NCBI GenBank assembly: GCA_050746185.1
Contig: JBOGLA010000005.1
Coordinates: forward strand, 111,210 to 143,209
Source: Terriglobales bacterium
Lineage (GTDB): Bacteria > Acidobacteriota > Terriglobia > Terriglobales > Acidobacteriaceae
Direction: 5' to 3'
Length of the DNA stretch: 32,000 bases
Each line of letters starts with the position of its first letter. Position 1 is the stretch's first letter. Below, one piece after another: positions 22,983 through 31,003 of this stretch. The position numbers and the translations under genes are program-made. The notes beneath the pieces were generated by a model. It saw only the letters and a program-made list of their open reading frames with translations. It was not told where the DNA came from and made no database searches.

Positions 22983-23675
22983 TTATTTCCCGGTGACTCC
23001 GGACTTTGAGGCAGCCAGCATGCGTTGAGCCCTCGCCCGGATGACATTCATCAGGGAAGGATCGTCAACAATCTTTTGCAGGACCGGCGAGATTGCGGGA
23101 ATCTCCTGAAGGCCGCTTCTTCCCGCCGATTCATCCATTCGCCTGAGATCCTCGTCGAGCGCCAGCTTCTGATAACGATGGTCGTATTCCAGTCGCCGGC
23201 CAAATTCCATGGTTGCGCTCATATCCTGGAACAGTGCGGTGAGGTCCTGCACTTCGGGCAAGGGCGAATAGTTATACGTGGCCTTCGCGTTTCTTTGAGC
23301 ATCCTTGTAGGAAAGAATCTTTGTGCCTGTCGCCGCAATGTTTTTTCTTTTTGAATCAATGGCGCCATCGAAATAGCGCGCCCGCTTAGCGAGATCGAAA
23401 ATCCTGGAGCAGTTTGGCGGAGTGACTGTGAAGTCGTAATGGTAAGACTCGTCTCCCGCGGATTGTTCAGTGACCTTTCCATCCGATTGATAGCTCGCGC
23501 GACAGTCTGCACCGACCGAAATCGTGTAATGCTCGGGTTCTGAGCCGGGAAACGTCTGTTCATACCCAACCGTCGCAACCGTGTGTTGGGCCTGGACTCC
23601 GACAGGCGCCAATAAGAGGCACTGCAACAACAATGCGAGATACCGGATTTTTGATTTACCGGGATGCATGCCCAC
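22983..23675 (-). CDS. secreted hypothetical protein (230 aa)
   Basis: The signal peptide is (..IRYLALLLQCLLLAPVGVQA). It is on the same strand as the FecR-domain gene, 68 nt upstream of it. I recognise no family. An alternative ATG start exists at 23669. Confidence 0.6.
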   Translation of the reverse strand: MGMHPGKSKIRYLALLLQCLLLAPVGVQAQHTVATVGYEQTFPGSEPEHYTISVGADCRASYQSDGKVTEQSAGDESYHYDFTVTPPNCSRIFDLAKRARYFDGAIDSKRKNIAATGTKILSYKDAQRNAKATYNYSPLPEVQDLTALFQDMSATMEFGRRLEYDHRYQKLALDEDLRRMDESAGRSGLQEIPAISPVLQKIVDDPSLMNVIRARAQRMLAASKSGVTGK

Positions 23676-23712
23676 GAATTATGCCAAAAAATGAAGGTCG
23701 CCGCGAAGAATA

Positions 23713-24333
23713 TTACCTGTTGCCGATCATCTCCAGAAAAACCTGATGAACCCGGGTATCCTCGCTCAATTCGGGATGAAACGTCGAAGCCATCACATTT
23801 CCCTGGCGCACCGCGACCGGGTCATTCCCTTCGGTTGCGATGACGGTTACTTCCGGTCCGACGCGCTCGATTTTGGGCGCGCGAATAAAAACCATCTCCA
23901 GCGGCGAGCCGCCGCCGTTAACCAGTAGGTTTCCTTCGCGGATCGAGCTGTCAATCTGCCGCCCATAGGCGTTGCGGCGAATCCCAATATCAAGCGCCCC
24001 CATGCCCATTTGCTGCGGATTTTCGACCTCTTTAGCCAGCAGGATCGCGCCGGCGCAAGTGCCGAACGTCGGCCTCATGCGCACGAAGTCTTTAAGCTTT
24101 TTAAATCCCGCTTCGCCGAGTAGCTTGAGAAATGTTCCAGACTCGCCGCCGGGAATGATCAGCCCATCAATTTCGTCCAGTTGTTCCGGCTTCCTGACCA
24201 GAACGACTTGAGCTCCCAACTCTTCCAGCCGTTTGCGATGCGCGTCGAAATCGCCTTGCAGGGCAAGGACTCCGACCGTCTTCGGTCGTTCGCCGCCCGC
24301 CGGCTCTCGTTGATCATTGTTCGTGTTGATCAT
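23713..24333 (-). CDS. pdxT: pyridoxal 5'-phosphate synthase, glutaminase subunit
   Basis: VGVLALQGDFDAHRKRLEELG, GLIIPGGESGT, FGTCAGAILL (catalytic Cys) and STFHPELS are PdxT/SNO motifs. The ATG at 24333 lies inside a 16-nt tandem repeat. No pdxS is adjacent. Confidence 0.9.
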   Translation of the reverse strand: MINTNNDQREPAGGERPKTVGVLALQGDFDAHRKRLEELGAQVVLVRKPEQLDEIDGLIIPGGESGTFLKLLGEAGFKKLKDFVRMRPTFGTCAGAILLAKEVENPQQMGMGALDIGIRRNAYGRQIDSSIREGNLLVNGGGSPLEMVFIRAPKIERVGPEVTVIATEGNDPVAVRQGNVMASTFHPELSEDTRVHQVFLEMIGNR

Positions 24334-24372
24334 TATTCGTGTTGATCATTGGTGGTGTTGATCATTGGTCGT
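24309..24372. repeat. 4 x 16-nt tandem repeat GTTGATCATTNNTNGT covering the pdxT start
   Basis: The units are at 24309-24324, 24325-24340, 24341-24356 and 24357-24372. On the coding (minus) strand each unit reads ..AATGATCAACAC.. and carries an ATG (24317, 24333, 24349, 24365). Confidence 0.9.
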
Positions 24373-24531
24373 GGATCCGGCTAAAGCCATTTGATCTAAT
24401 TTTAATCGGGTTGATGAAAATTTTCGCGTAACCTCTCGCGGGGGTGGCGATTCCGGTTCCGTCCGGCGAAGACACGAGGCCGTAAAGTTGGGTTTTTGGC
24501 ACGTGACCGCGCCGTGTTGAATCGAATGGCT

Positions 24532-25704
24532 TCAGCCGCTAGTTTTTTTCAATTTCTCCATTTCTTCGGCGGCCATGTGGAAGCCAGTATTTGCGGCTGG
24601 AACCCCCGCATAAATGGCGGTTTGCAGCAGGACTTCCTTCAGGTCGCTAGGCTCCAGTTCGCGCGCGAATCCTGCCCGCACGTGCAATCTGAATTCTTCC
24701 CACCGGCCAAGCGAAGCGGCAATCGCAAGCGCGAGAAGGCGCCGCGTCCGCTGGTCGAGGGCCGGGCGGGTCCAGATCGTCCCCCACGCATAGCGCGTAA
24801 TCAACTCCTGAAAATCGCGCGTAAAGTCGGTTGCCGCCGCGATGGCCTGGTCCACATGAGCATCGCCAAGCAGTTCACGGCGAACCGAGAATCCCGCTCG
24901 TATCGGATCGGCCGATGAATCCTGCGGCCGGAGAAATTCCAGCAGGGCTGCGGTAAAAGACCGGGGCCGCTCAAGGTTTGAAAGATGAGCCGCCGGTAAA
25001 CGGACGACACGCGCTCCGGCAATTTCGCGGACCAACACTTGACTATTGCCGTCCCATGGCGTGGAGATGTCAGCATCGCCGACCATCACCAGCGTGGGTG
25101 TCTTAATCTTGTGGAGCAAATCCCTGCTGTCAAAATCCCTCAGCGCGGCGCAACATCCGGCGTAACCGGCAGGATTGGTTCCGAGCAGAACATTGCAAAT
25201 CGCCGCCGTATAAACATCTTTTCGCGACAAGGTTTCCGGAGAAAAGAAGCGCTGCATCACAGGGTCAACGACCGCCGCCATGCCACCCGTGAGGACGGCT
25301 TTCCGGCGCTCCTCCCATTGCGTGGGAGAACCGAACTTTGGGGAAGAGTCAGCGATAGTCAGATGCGTAACGCGATCGGGAACGTTAATGCCGAGCCACT
25401 GGGCAATCGCGCCGCCCAGCGAGATACCGCAGAAGGAAAACTTCTCAATCCCAAGCAAATCGGCAAGGCCGATGACGTCACGGCCCAACTGCTCGATCGA
25501 ATAATCCCCCGCCGGCGCATCGGAGGCACCGTGGCCTCGAATGTCGCAACGCAATACCTGGAAATATGGCTGTAAATCCTGAACCTGAGACGCCCACATG
25601 CCATGGTCCGCGCCAATCGAATGAGAAAGGATCAACACCGGCGCATCATTTTTGCCTTCGAGCCGGTAGAACAGCCTGTTCTTATCAATGACCGCAAACG
25701 GCAT
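24532..25704 (-). CDS. pcaL: bifunctional 3-oxoadipate enol-lactonase / 4-carboxymuconolactone decarboxylase (PcaD-PcaC fusion)
   Basis: The N-terminal alpha/beta-hydrolase half has LILSHSIGADHGMWASQV, RCDIRGHGASD and the nucleophile elbow GISLGG. The C-terminal half has the carboxymuconolactone decarboxylase pattern (ITRYAWGTIWTRPALDQRTRRLLALAIAASLGRWEEFRLHVRAG..EVLLQTAIYAGVPAAN). It starts 6 nt after the pcaB stop. Confidence 0.85.
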   Translation of the reverse strand: MPFAVIDKNRLFYRLEGKNDAPVLILSHSIGADHGMWASQVQDLQPYFQVLRCDIRGHGASDAPAGDYSIEQLGRDVIGLADLLGIEKFSFCGISLGGAIAQWLGINVPDRVTHLTIADSSPKFGSPTQWEERRKAVLTGGMAAVVDPVMQRFFSPETLSRKDVYTAAICNVLLGTNPAGYAGCCAALRDFDSRDLLHKIKTPTLVMVGDADISTPWDGNSQVLVREIAGARVVRLPAAHLSNLERPRSFTAALLEFLRPQDSSADPIRAGFSVRRELLGDAHVDQAIAAATDFTRDFQELITRYAWGTIWTRPALDQRTRRLLALAIAASLGRWEEFRLHVRAGFARELEPSDLKEVLLQTAIYAGVPAANTGFHMAAEEMEKLKKTSG

Positions 25705-25710
25705 ATTTTC

Positions 25711-27069
25711 TTATTCCTTCTTGCTGCGAAGATCCGGCGTCGAGGACAAAAGCAACCGCTGTCGAAACTGTTCCGCCACACCGATATATAGTTCCGAAAC
25801 TTCGAGATCGCTGAGATTCGCCGCGTCTAGGTAGCGAGTGACCTCGGGCATTTCCGCAAGGATCTCGGAAAGGCGGCGGCATTCTGAAACCGCCCTTCGA
25901 GCGGCATCTTCGAGAAGCTTGTGGGCGGCTTCACGACCGATGCGCGGCGAAAGAATCATCATCGCGTTTTCGGCAAAAATGACGCCGTGAGTGGCGTCAA
26001 TATTAAAGCGCATTCGAGCGGGATCTACGATGAGGCCTTCAGCGACTTCAGCCATAGAATCTATCGCCAGGCCGGTCGCCTGAATTATTGCCACGACGGT
26101 TGGCCACTCTGCTTGCCAGCCACCCGCGCCCCGTTCGTGCTCCTGCACCATTCCGGAAAGAAATGCAGCGACCAGGTTTGGAACACGGTTGGCCGCGGTA
26201 AGAGTGAGCATGCACCCGATGGGATTATGTTTGTGCGGCATGGTGGAAGAGCCGCCGCGACCGGAAGTCTCTCCTTCTGCGACTTCGCGGATTTCACTCT
26301 GCGCAAGCAAACTGATATCGCGCGCCATCTTGGCGAGAGATCCGGTGAGAACGCCGCATGCGCACATCAGAGCGGCAAGACGATCCCGTTGCGTGTGCCA
26401 CGGCGCTTCGGGATAAGCAAGTCCGAGATCTTCGGCGAGGGCTTGGCCCACGGCTATCCCGTTGTCGCCAAGAAACGCCAGGGTTCCGCTGGCGCCGCCG
26501 CACTGGAGAATCAGGGCGTCGGTGAAATTGTCTTTCAATTTGTTATGCGCACGGTAAATCGCCCCCAGCCAAGCGGCGGCTTTGAGCCCAAACGTAATAG
26601 GAGGAGCGGGCTGCATCAACGTTCGTCCCAACATCACGGTATGGGCGTGCTTGTCAGAAAGCTGCCGTAGCGATTTCTCCAGGCGTTTGAGATTGGTTTC
26701 GAAACCGGGTTGAGTTTGTTTCAGGAGCAGGACCATGGCAGTATCAACCACATCCTGACTGGTTGCGCCCCAATGCACAAAATTCGCAGATACGGGATCG
26801 GCCACATGGACGCGCTCTCTTAGAGCTTTGACGAAGGGAATAGCGGGCGTTCCGGCGCGCAAGCTGTCAATTGCAAGAATAGCGGTATCGAAAAGCTCCG
26901 GCTTGGCGGCGGCTGCGATCTTCTCAGCCGCAATCTGCGGAATGATCCCAATTCGCGCCTCAACCCGGGCAAGGGCCACCTCAAATTGCAGCATGGCCTC
27001 AAGCAGCGACTCGTCGGAAAATAACTTCGCCAGTTCTTCGGTAGTTGCAAGACTGTCAATCAGCCGCAT
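25711..27069 (-). CDS. pcaB: 3-carboxy-cis,cis-muconate cycloisomerase (fumarate lyase superfamily)
   Basis: Contains [13 protein letters not shown] and the superfamily signature [13 protein letters not shown]. At 452 aa and immediately upstream of pcaL, context supports pcaB rather than argH or purB. Confidence 0.8.
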   Translation of the reverse strand: MRLIDSLATTEELAKLFSDESLLEAMLQFEVALARVEARIGIIPQIAAEKIAAAAKPELFDTAILAIDSLRAGTPAIPFVKALRERVHVADPVSANFVHWGATSQDVVDTAMVLLLKQTQPGFETNLKRLEKSLRQLSDKHAHTVMLGRTLMQPAPPITFGLKAAAWLGAIYRAHNKLKDNFTDALILQCGGASGTLAFLGDNGIAVGQALAEDLGLAYPEAPWHTQRDRLAALMCACGVLTGSLAKMARDISLLAQSEIREVAEGETSGRGGSSTMPHKHNPIGCMLTLTAANRVPNLVAAFLSGMVQEHERGAGGWQAEWPTVVAIIQATGLAIDSMAEVAEGLIVDPARMRFNIDATHGVIFAENAMMILSPRIGREAAHKLLEDAARRAVSECRRLSEILAEMPEVTRYLDAANLSDLEVSELYIGVAEQFRQRLLLSSTPDLRSKKE

Positions 27070-27236
27070 CCGATATCTTTCCCTTAGACATTGCAGAGAT
27101 TAACACTCAAGCGGCAAACTCAGCCATCAGTTGTCAGTTCCCAGTTTTCGGAACACCGGCTGAAAGGTTCCGCGAATTTTGCTATGATTCACAACACACC
27201 TCATTCCAACAACCCGCGCCAGAAAAAGGGGGCAGC

Positions 27237-28733
27237 ATGGCAACCACACTCGTAGCACCCGAACTACACAAGAACGTAAGTCAGTTCATAAGCAAACCCA
27301 GAAAGATGCTAGTGGACGGCAAATGGGTGGATTCAGTTTCGGGAAAGACTTTCGAAACTTATAATCCAGCCACGGGCGAAGTCCTGGCCAGGGTGGCCGA
27401 AGGTGATCGCGCCGATATTGATCAAGCGGTCAAAGCTGCCCGAAGAGCTTTTGAGAATGGCAAATGGCCGGAGATGGGCGCCTCAAAGAGGGGCCGTATT
27501 TTGTGGAAGCTGGCGGATCTTCTTGAAGCTAACCTTGAAGAACTTGCGCAGCTTGAGACGTTAGATAATGGAAAGCCTCTCACCGTGGCCCGCGCCGCCG
27601 ACGTTCCGCTTGCGGTTGACATGTTCCGCTACATGGCAGGATGGGCAACGAAGATCGAGGGCAACACCATTCCCATCTCATCGCCGGCGTCAAAATATTT
27701 TGCTTATACGCTGCGCGAACCGGTCGGAGTGGTGGGTCAGATTATTCCGTGGAATTTCCCGCTGTTGATGGCGGCGTGGAAACTTGCGCCGGCGCTCGCG
27801 GCCGGCTGCACCGTGGTGTTGAAGCCGGCTGAACAAACTCCGCTCAGCGCGTTGCGTCTCGGCGAACTGGCGATGGAAGCGGGATTCCCAGATGGCGTCC
27901 TGAATATTGTCCCCGGTTTCGGTGAGACGGCCGGTGCTGCCCTGGCGGCGCATCCTGACGTGGACAAAATCGCATTCACCGGATCTACCGAAGTCGGCAA
28001 ATTGATTCTGCAAGCAGCCGCTGGAAATCTGAAAAAGGTTTCATTGGAGCTGGGGGGAAAGTCTCCTAACATCATTTTCCCGGATGCGGATTTGAAGGCC
28101 GCGATCCCGGGAAGCGCCAGCGGTATTTTCTTCAATCAGGGTCAATGCTGTTGTGCCGGATCGAGGCTGTTCGTGCACAAGAGCATCTTTGATGAAGTCG
28201 TAGAGGGCGTGGGCAAGGTGGCGAGCGAGTTCCACGTCGGGCCGGGCTTTGATGCCTCCACGAATATGGGTCCGCTGGTCTCGCAGGAGCAGTTGGACCG
28301 CGTCTGTGGATACCTGGCGTCCGGAATCAGCGAAGGCGCAAAAGCGGTTGTAGGAGGCAAGAAGAAAAGCGGCGCCGGATACTTCGTCGAGCCCACCGTG
28401 CTGGTGGACACCAAGCCGAATATGAAAATCATTCAGGAAGAGATTTTCGGACCTGTGGTGGCTGCTATTCCCTTCAACGACGCCGAGGAGGTGCTCCCGT
28501 CCGCGAACGATTCAATCTACGGGCTGGCCGCTGCGGTTTGGACCCGCGATATCGGCAAGGCTCATCGCGCTGCGGCCAAACTCCGGGCCGGAACCGTTTG
28601 GATCAATTGCTACAACGTATTTGACGCCGCGCTTCCCTTCGGCGGATATAAACAATCCGGTTGGGGCCGCGAAATGGGGCACGACGCGCTGGAGCTATAC
28701 ACGGAAACCAAGGCGGTATGCACTCAGCTTTGA
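27237..28733 (+). CDS. NAD(P)+-dependent aldehyde dehydrogenase family protein
   Basis: Contains [38 protein letters not shown], the catalytic Glu in LELGGKSP and the catalytic Cys in [14 protein letters not shown] prefer the ATG at 27237 (MATTLVAPE.., preceded by AAAGGGGG). The listed start at 27045 would overlap pcaB and cross the divergent promoter region. Confidence 0.88.
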   Translation: MATTLVAPELHKNVSQFISKPRKMLVDGKWVDSVSGKTFETYNPATGEVLARVAEGDRADIDQAVKAARRAFENGKWPEMGASKRGRILWKLADLLEANLEELAQLETLDNGKPLTVARAADVPLAVDMFRYMAGWATKIEGNTIPISSPASKYFAYTLREPVGVVGQIIPWNFPLLMAAWKLAPALAAGCTVVLKPAEQTPLSALRLGELAMEAGFPDGVLNIVPGFGETAGAALAAHPDVDKIAFTGSTEVGKLILQAAAGNLKKVSLELGGKSPNIIFPDADLKAAIPGSASGIFFNQGQCCCAGSRLFVHKSIFDEVVEGVGKVASEFHVGPGFDASTNMGPLVSQEQLDRVCGYLASGISEGAKAVVGGKKKSGAGYFVEPTVLVDTKPNMKIIQEEIFGPVVAAIPFNDAEEVLPSANDSIYGLAAAVWTRDIGKAHRAAAKLRAGTVWINCYNVFDAALPFGGYKQSGWGREMGHDALELYTETKAVCTQL

Positions 28734-28758
28734 ACGGAGGTCTTTCAGTCAATTCATC

Positions 28759-28800
28759 GGGCATTCTTAACGAATGCCCATTTTCACGTTTGTTGTTTTT
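28759..28800 (+). terminator. intrinsic terminator after the aldehyde dehydrogenase gene
   Basis: An 8-bp stem GGGCATTC-ttaac-GAATGCCC (28759-28779) is followed by the T-rich tail ATTTTCACGTTTGTTGTTTTT. Confidence 0.7.
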
Positions 28801-28823
28801 CTGAACACGAAGCGAGGTGCACA

Positions 28824-29009
28824 ATGCCGCAAGAGCAGTCTTCAACGGAATGTGGCATGTCTGAGACGAAAGATGGAACCAAGATTTGCGGATTTCACCT
28901 GACGCCCCTGATCGAGATGGCTCGATATGGGGACAACTCCTCCGGCCTCGAAAATCTCTCCGCGTGGATTTGTCCGGTCTCGAAGCGACCGATTTTCCGG
29001 AAGGGATGA
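28824..29009 (+). CDS. small hypothetical protein (61 aa, three Cys)
   Basis: The ATG is preceded by GAGGTG with a 4-nt spacer. It sits between a terminator and gntK. I recognise no family, so it could be spurious. Confidence 0.3.
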   Translation: MPQEQSSTECGMSETKDGTKICGFHLTPLIEMARYGDNSSGLENLSAWICPVSKRPIFRKG

Positions 29010-29050
29010 ACGACACTTCCTCTTCACTTGTTTCAGAAGGGAAAGTCTGA

Positions 29051-29536
29051 GTGATCGTTATTGTGATGGGGGTCACTGGATCCGGGAAAACGACGGTGGG
29101 GACTTTGCTGGCTGAACAATTGGGCTGGAAATTCGCGGACGCCGACAGTTTCCATTCCGCAGCAAATGTGGAAAAAATGCGCCGCGGAATTGCTCTTGAC
29201 GACGCCGACCGTGCCCCCTGGCTCGCAGCCATGCATGCGGCGATGGGGCAATGGTCAGCGGAAAACCAAAATGCAGTCCTGGCATGTTCGGCTCTAAAGG
29301 GGAGCTATAGGGGAACGCTCGCAACCGGCCTCGATGTGAAATTTGTTTATCTCAAGGGAAGCTACGAGGTCATTTACCAACGATTGATTTCGCGGCATGG
29401 GCATTTTGCGACAGAGAAAATTCTTCGCAGCCAGTTTCAGACCCTCGAAGAACCAAACGATGCGATTGTTGTGGACGTATCCCAGCCTCCCGAACGGATC
29501 GTTTCTGAAATAAGGCGTAACTTGAATCTCGCGTAG
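29051..29536 (+). CDS. gntK: gluconokinase (GntK/IdnK, shikimate-kinase-like fold)
   Basis: VIVIVMGVTGSGKTTVGTLLAEQLGWKFADADSFHSAANVEKMRRGIALDDADRAPWL is the characteristic gluconokinase N-terminus (P-loop plus the D.D.FH....KM..G..L.D.DR.PWL motif). It has a GTG start. Confidence 0.85.
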   Translation: MIVIVMGVTGSGKTTVGTLLAEQLGWKFADADSFHSAANVEKMRRGIALDDADRAPWLAAMHAAMGQWSAENQNAVLACSALKGSYRGTLATGLDVKFVYLKGSYEVIYQRLISRHGHFATEKILRSQFQTLEEPNDAIVVDVSQPPERIVSEIRRNLNLA

Positions 29537-29581
29537 GGTGCGGCGGTGTTTCCGAATGTGGGGTGGAGCGCGACGCCTGCC

Positions 29582-29962
29582 TTAGTTGCCTTTCATTTTT
29601 TCCTTCACGCTGTGGGCCAATTTCTCGATTTGATCTGCCTTTTTAATTACGTCAACGGACAATACATTTTGATTGGTCTTGTCAACATATGCTTTCAGTT
29701 CGGTGCTGAGTTGCAATAGCTTATCGGTGTCGCGCTTGAGCTGAGCTTGCCGCTCCTCATTCTGTTTCTTCTGCATCGCCTTTTGGATTCTTTCATCGCT
29801 CTCTTTCTCTTCCGGACTTTCCTGGGAAGGGTTTTGCTGGGAAAGAGGAGGTGCAGACATATTAGGAGCCTGGTTCTGGTTGGGAGTTCCCATCTGGCCG
29901 AAAACCAGCGACGGCAACGCGATCATTAACACCAGGAATGATAGAAACGGCTTGCCTCTCAC
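29582..29962 (-). CDS. secreted hypothetical Gln/Glu/Lys-rich helical protein
   Basis: I prefer the GTG at 29962, 5 nt after AAGAGG, giving the signal peptide (V)RGKPFLSFLVLMIALPSLVFGQ. The mature part is low complexity followed by a helical region (LKRDTDKLLQLSTELKAYVDKTNQNVLSVDVIKKADQIEKLAHSVKEKM). The listed start at 30034 adds an unlikely N-terminus. Confidence 0.55.
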   Translation of the reverse strand: MRGKPFLSFLVLMIALPSLVFGQMGTPNQNQAPNMSAPPLSQQNPSQESPEEKESDERIQKAMQKKQNEERQAQLKRDTDKLLQLSTELKAYVDKTNQNVLSVDVIKKADQIEKLAHSVKEKMKGN

Positions 29963-30059
29963 AGTCACCTCTTGTGGCTTGAATTCAAGGGAATTATACG
30001 TCCCGCCGGAGCCGCCTGCCTCCATGGGGTTCATGCGTTATTTATAATCGGTATTCAAT

Positions 30060-30965
30060 ATGGATTTTTCTCTGTTAGCCGTGGTCCCTCAAATTCATGA
30101 TCTTTCCGCGCTGTTCCGCGATTGGCGCGGCGACGCGATGGAATTCGTGCGCACGAGCGTCCCCAAGCTGATTCTGATCATAATCGCCGCCTTTGTGCTT
30201 ATCCGCGTGGTCCGGATCATGACCCGCCGGATGTCGTCGTTTCAGGAGAAAAAACTGCCGTCAGGGTTGCGGTCGCAACAGATACGCACCCTGGCCGGCG
30301 TTCTCAACAGCGTGGGCGTTTTTGTGATCGTGTTTGTTGCCGCGCTGATGGGGCTGGAGCAACTGAACCTGCATCTCGAACCCCTGCTTGCGAGCGCGGG
30401 AATAGCGGGCCTCGCAATCGGCTTCGGCGCGCAAACCATGGTGCATGACTTTATTAACGGATTCTTCATTCTTTTCGAAAATCAGTATGACCTTGGAGAT
30501 ACCGTCCGCATTGCCGGAGTGAAAGGCGCGGTCGAGGACATGAGCCTGCGGCGCACCATGCTGCGTGATGATGACGGAACTGTTCACATCGTTCCCAACA
30601 GCGAGATCAAAATCGTTTCCAACCTGACGCGGGACTGGTCGCAACTTACTTTGCGGGTCGTGGTCGCCTACAGTGAACCGAGCGACAAGATCGTAATCCT
30701 GTTACAGCAGGTCGGAGCCGAGATTCGCCATGATCCATCGTTCGCCGAGGACATTGTCAGCGACGTGCAAGTCCCGGGAATAGATCGTGTAGGAAATGGC
30801 GAAGCCGAATATCTCATGCTGGTGAAGACACTTCCGAATAAACAGTTTGGAGTCAGCCGCGAGCTGCGCCGCCGAATTAAGGATTGTTTTCAGAAGAACA
30901 ACATCCAGACCGCGGGACCGGGAAAGGTTTACGTAATGGATCAAGGCGAAGTAAAGGCATCGTAG
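30060..30965 (+). CDS. mechanosensitive ion channel family protein (MscS-type)
   Basis: AGIAGLAIGFGAQTMVHDFINGFFILFENQYDLGDTVRIAGVKGAVEDMSLRRTMLRDDDGTVHIVPNSEI is the canonical MscS TM3 plus beta-domain signature. Confidence 0.88.
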   Translation: MDFSLLAVVPQIHDLSALFRDWRGDAMEFVRTSVPKLILIIIAAFVLIRVVRIMTRRMSSFQEKKLPSGLRSQQIRTLAGVLNSVGVFVIVFVAALMGLEQLNLHLEPLLASAGIAGLAIGFGAQTMVHDFINGFFILFENQYDLGDTVRIAGVKGAVEDMSLRRTMLRDDDGTVHIVPNSEIKIVSNLTRDWSQLTLRVVVAYSEPSDKIVILLQQVGAEIRHDPSFAEDIVSDVQVPGIDRVGNGEAEYLMLVKTLPNKQFGVSRELRRRIKDCFQKNNIQTAGPGKVYVMDQGEVKAS

Positions 30966-31003
30966 CCGCCTGACGGCCACATCTCGTCCGCCGCGCGGAA
31001 TTC

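Noticed and set aside
24309-24372. The 16-nt repeats considered as a possible CRISPR or minisatellite array
   Set aside because: The units are directly abutting with no spacers, far shorter than CRISPR repeats, and there are no cas genes. I report them as a tandem repeat at the pdxT start instead.
24491-24510. TGGCAC motif considered as a sigma-54 -24 element
   Set aside because: The downstream element is CGCG rather than TTGC at the required spacing. It also points into the 3' end of a gene on the opposite strand.
27147-27176. Inverted repeat CGGAAC-N12-GTTCCG in the pcaB/ALDH divergent region considered as a regulator operator
   Set aside because: It has only 6 bp per arm, so it is expected by chance. 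No regulator gene is nearby to tie it to.
27045-27236. Upstream extension of the aldehyde dehydrogenase ORF (listed start 27045)
   Set aside because: The extension would overlap the pcaB start on the other strand and cross the divergent promoter region. The extra 64 residues are not ALDH-like. The ATG at 27237 has a purine-rich RBS and gives a normal ~498-aa ALDH.
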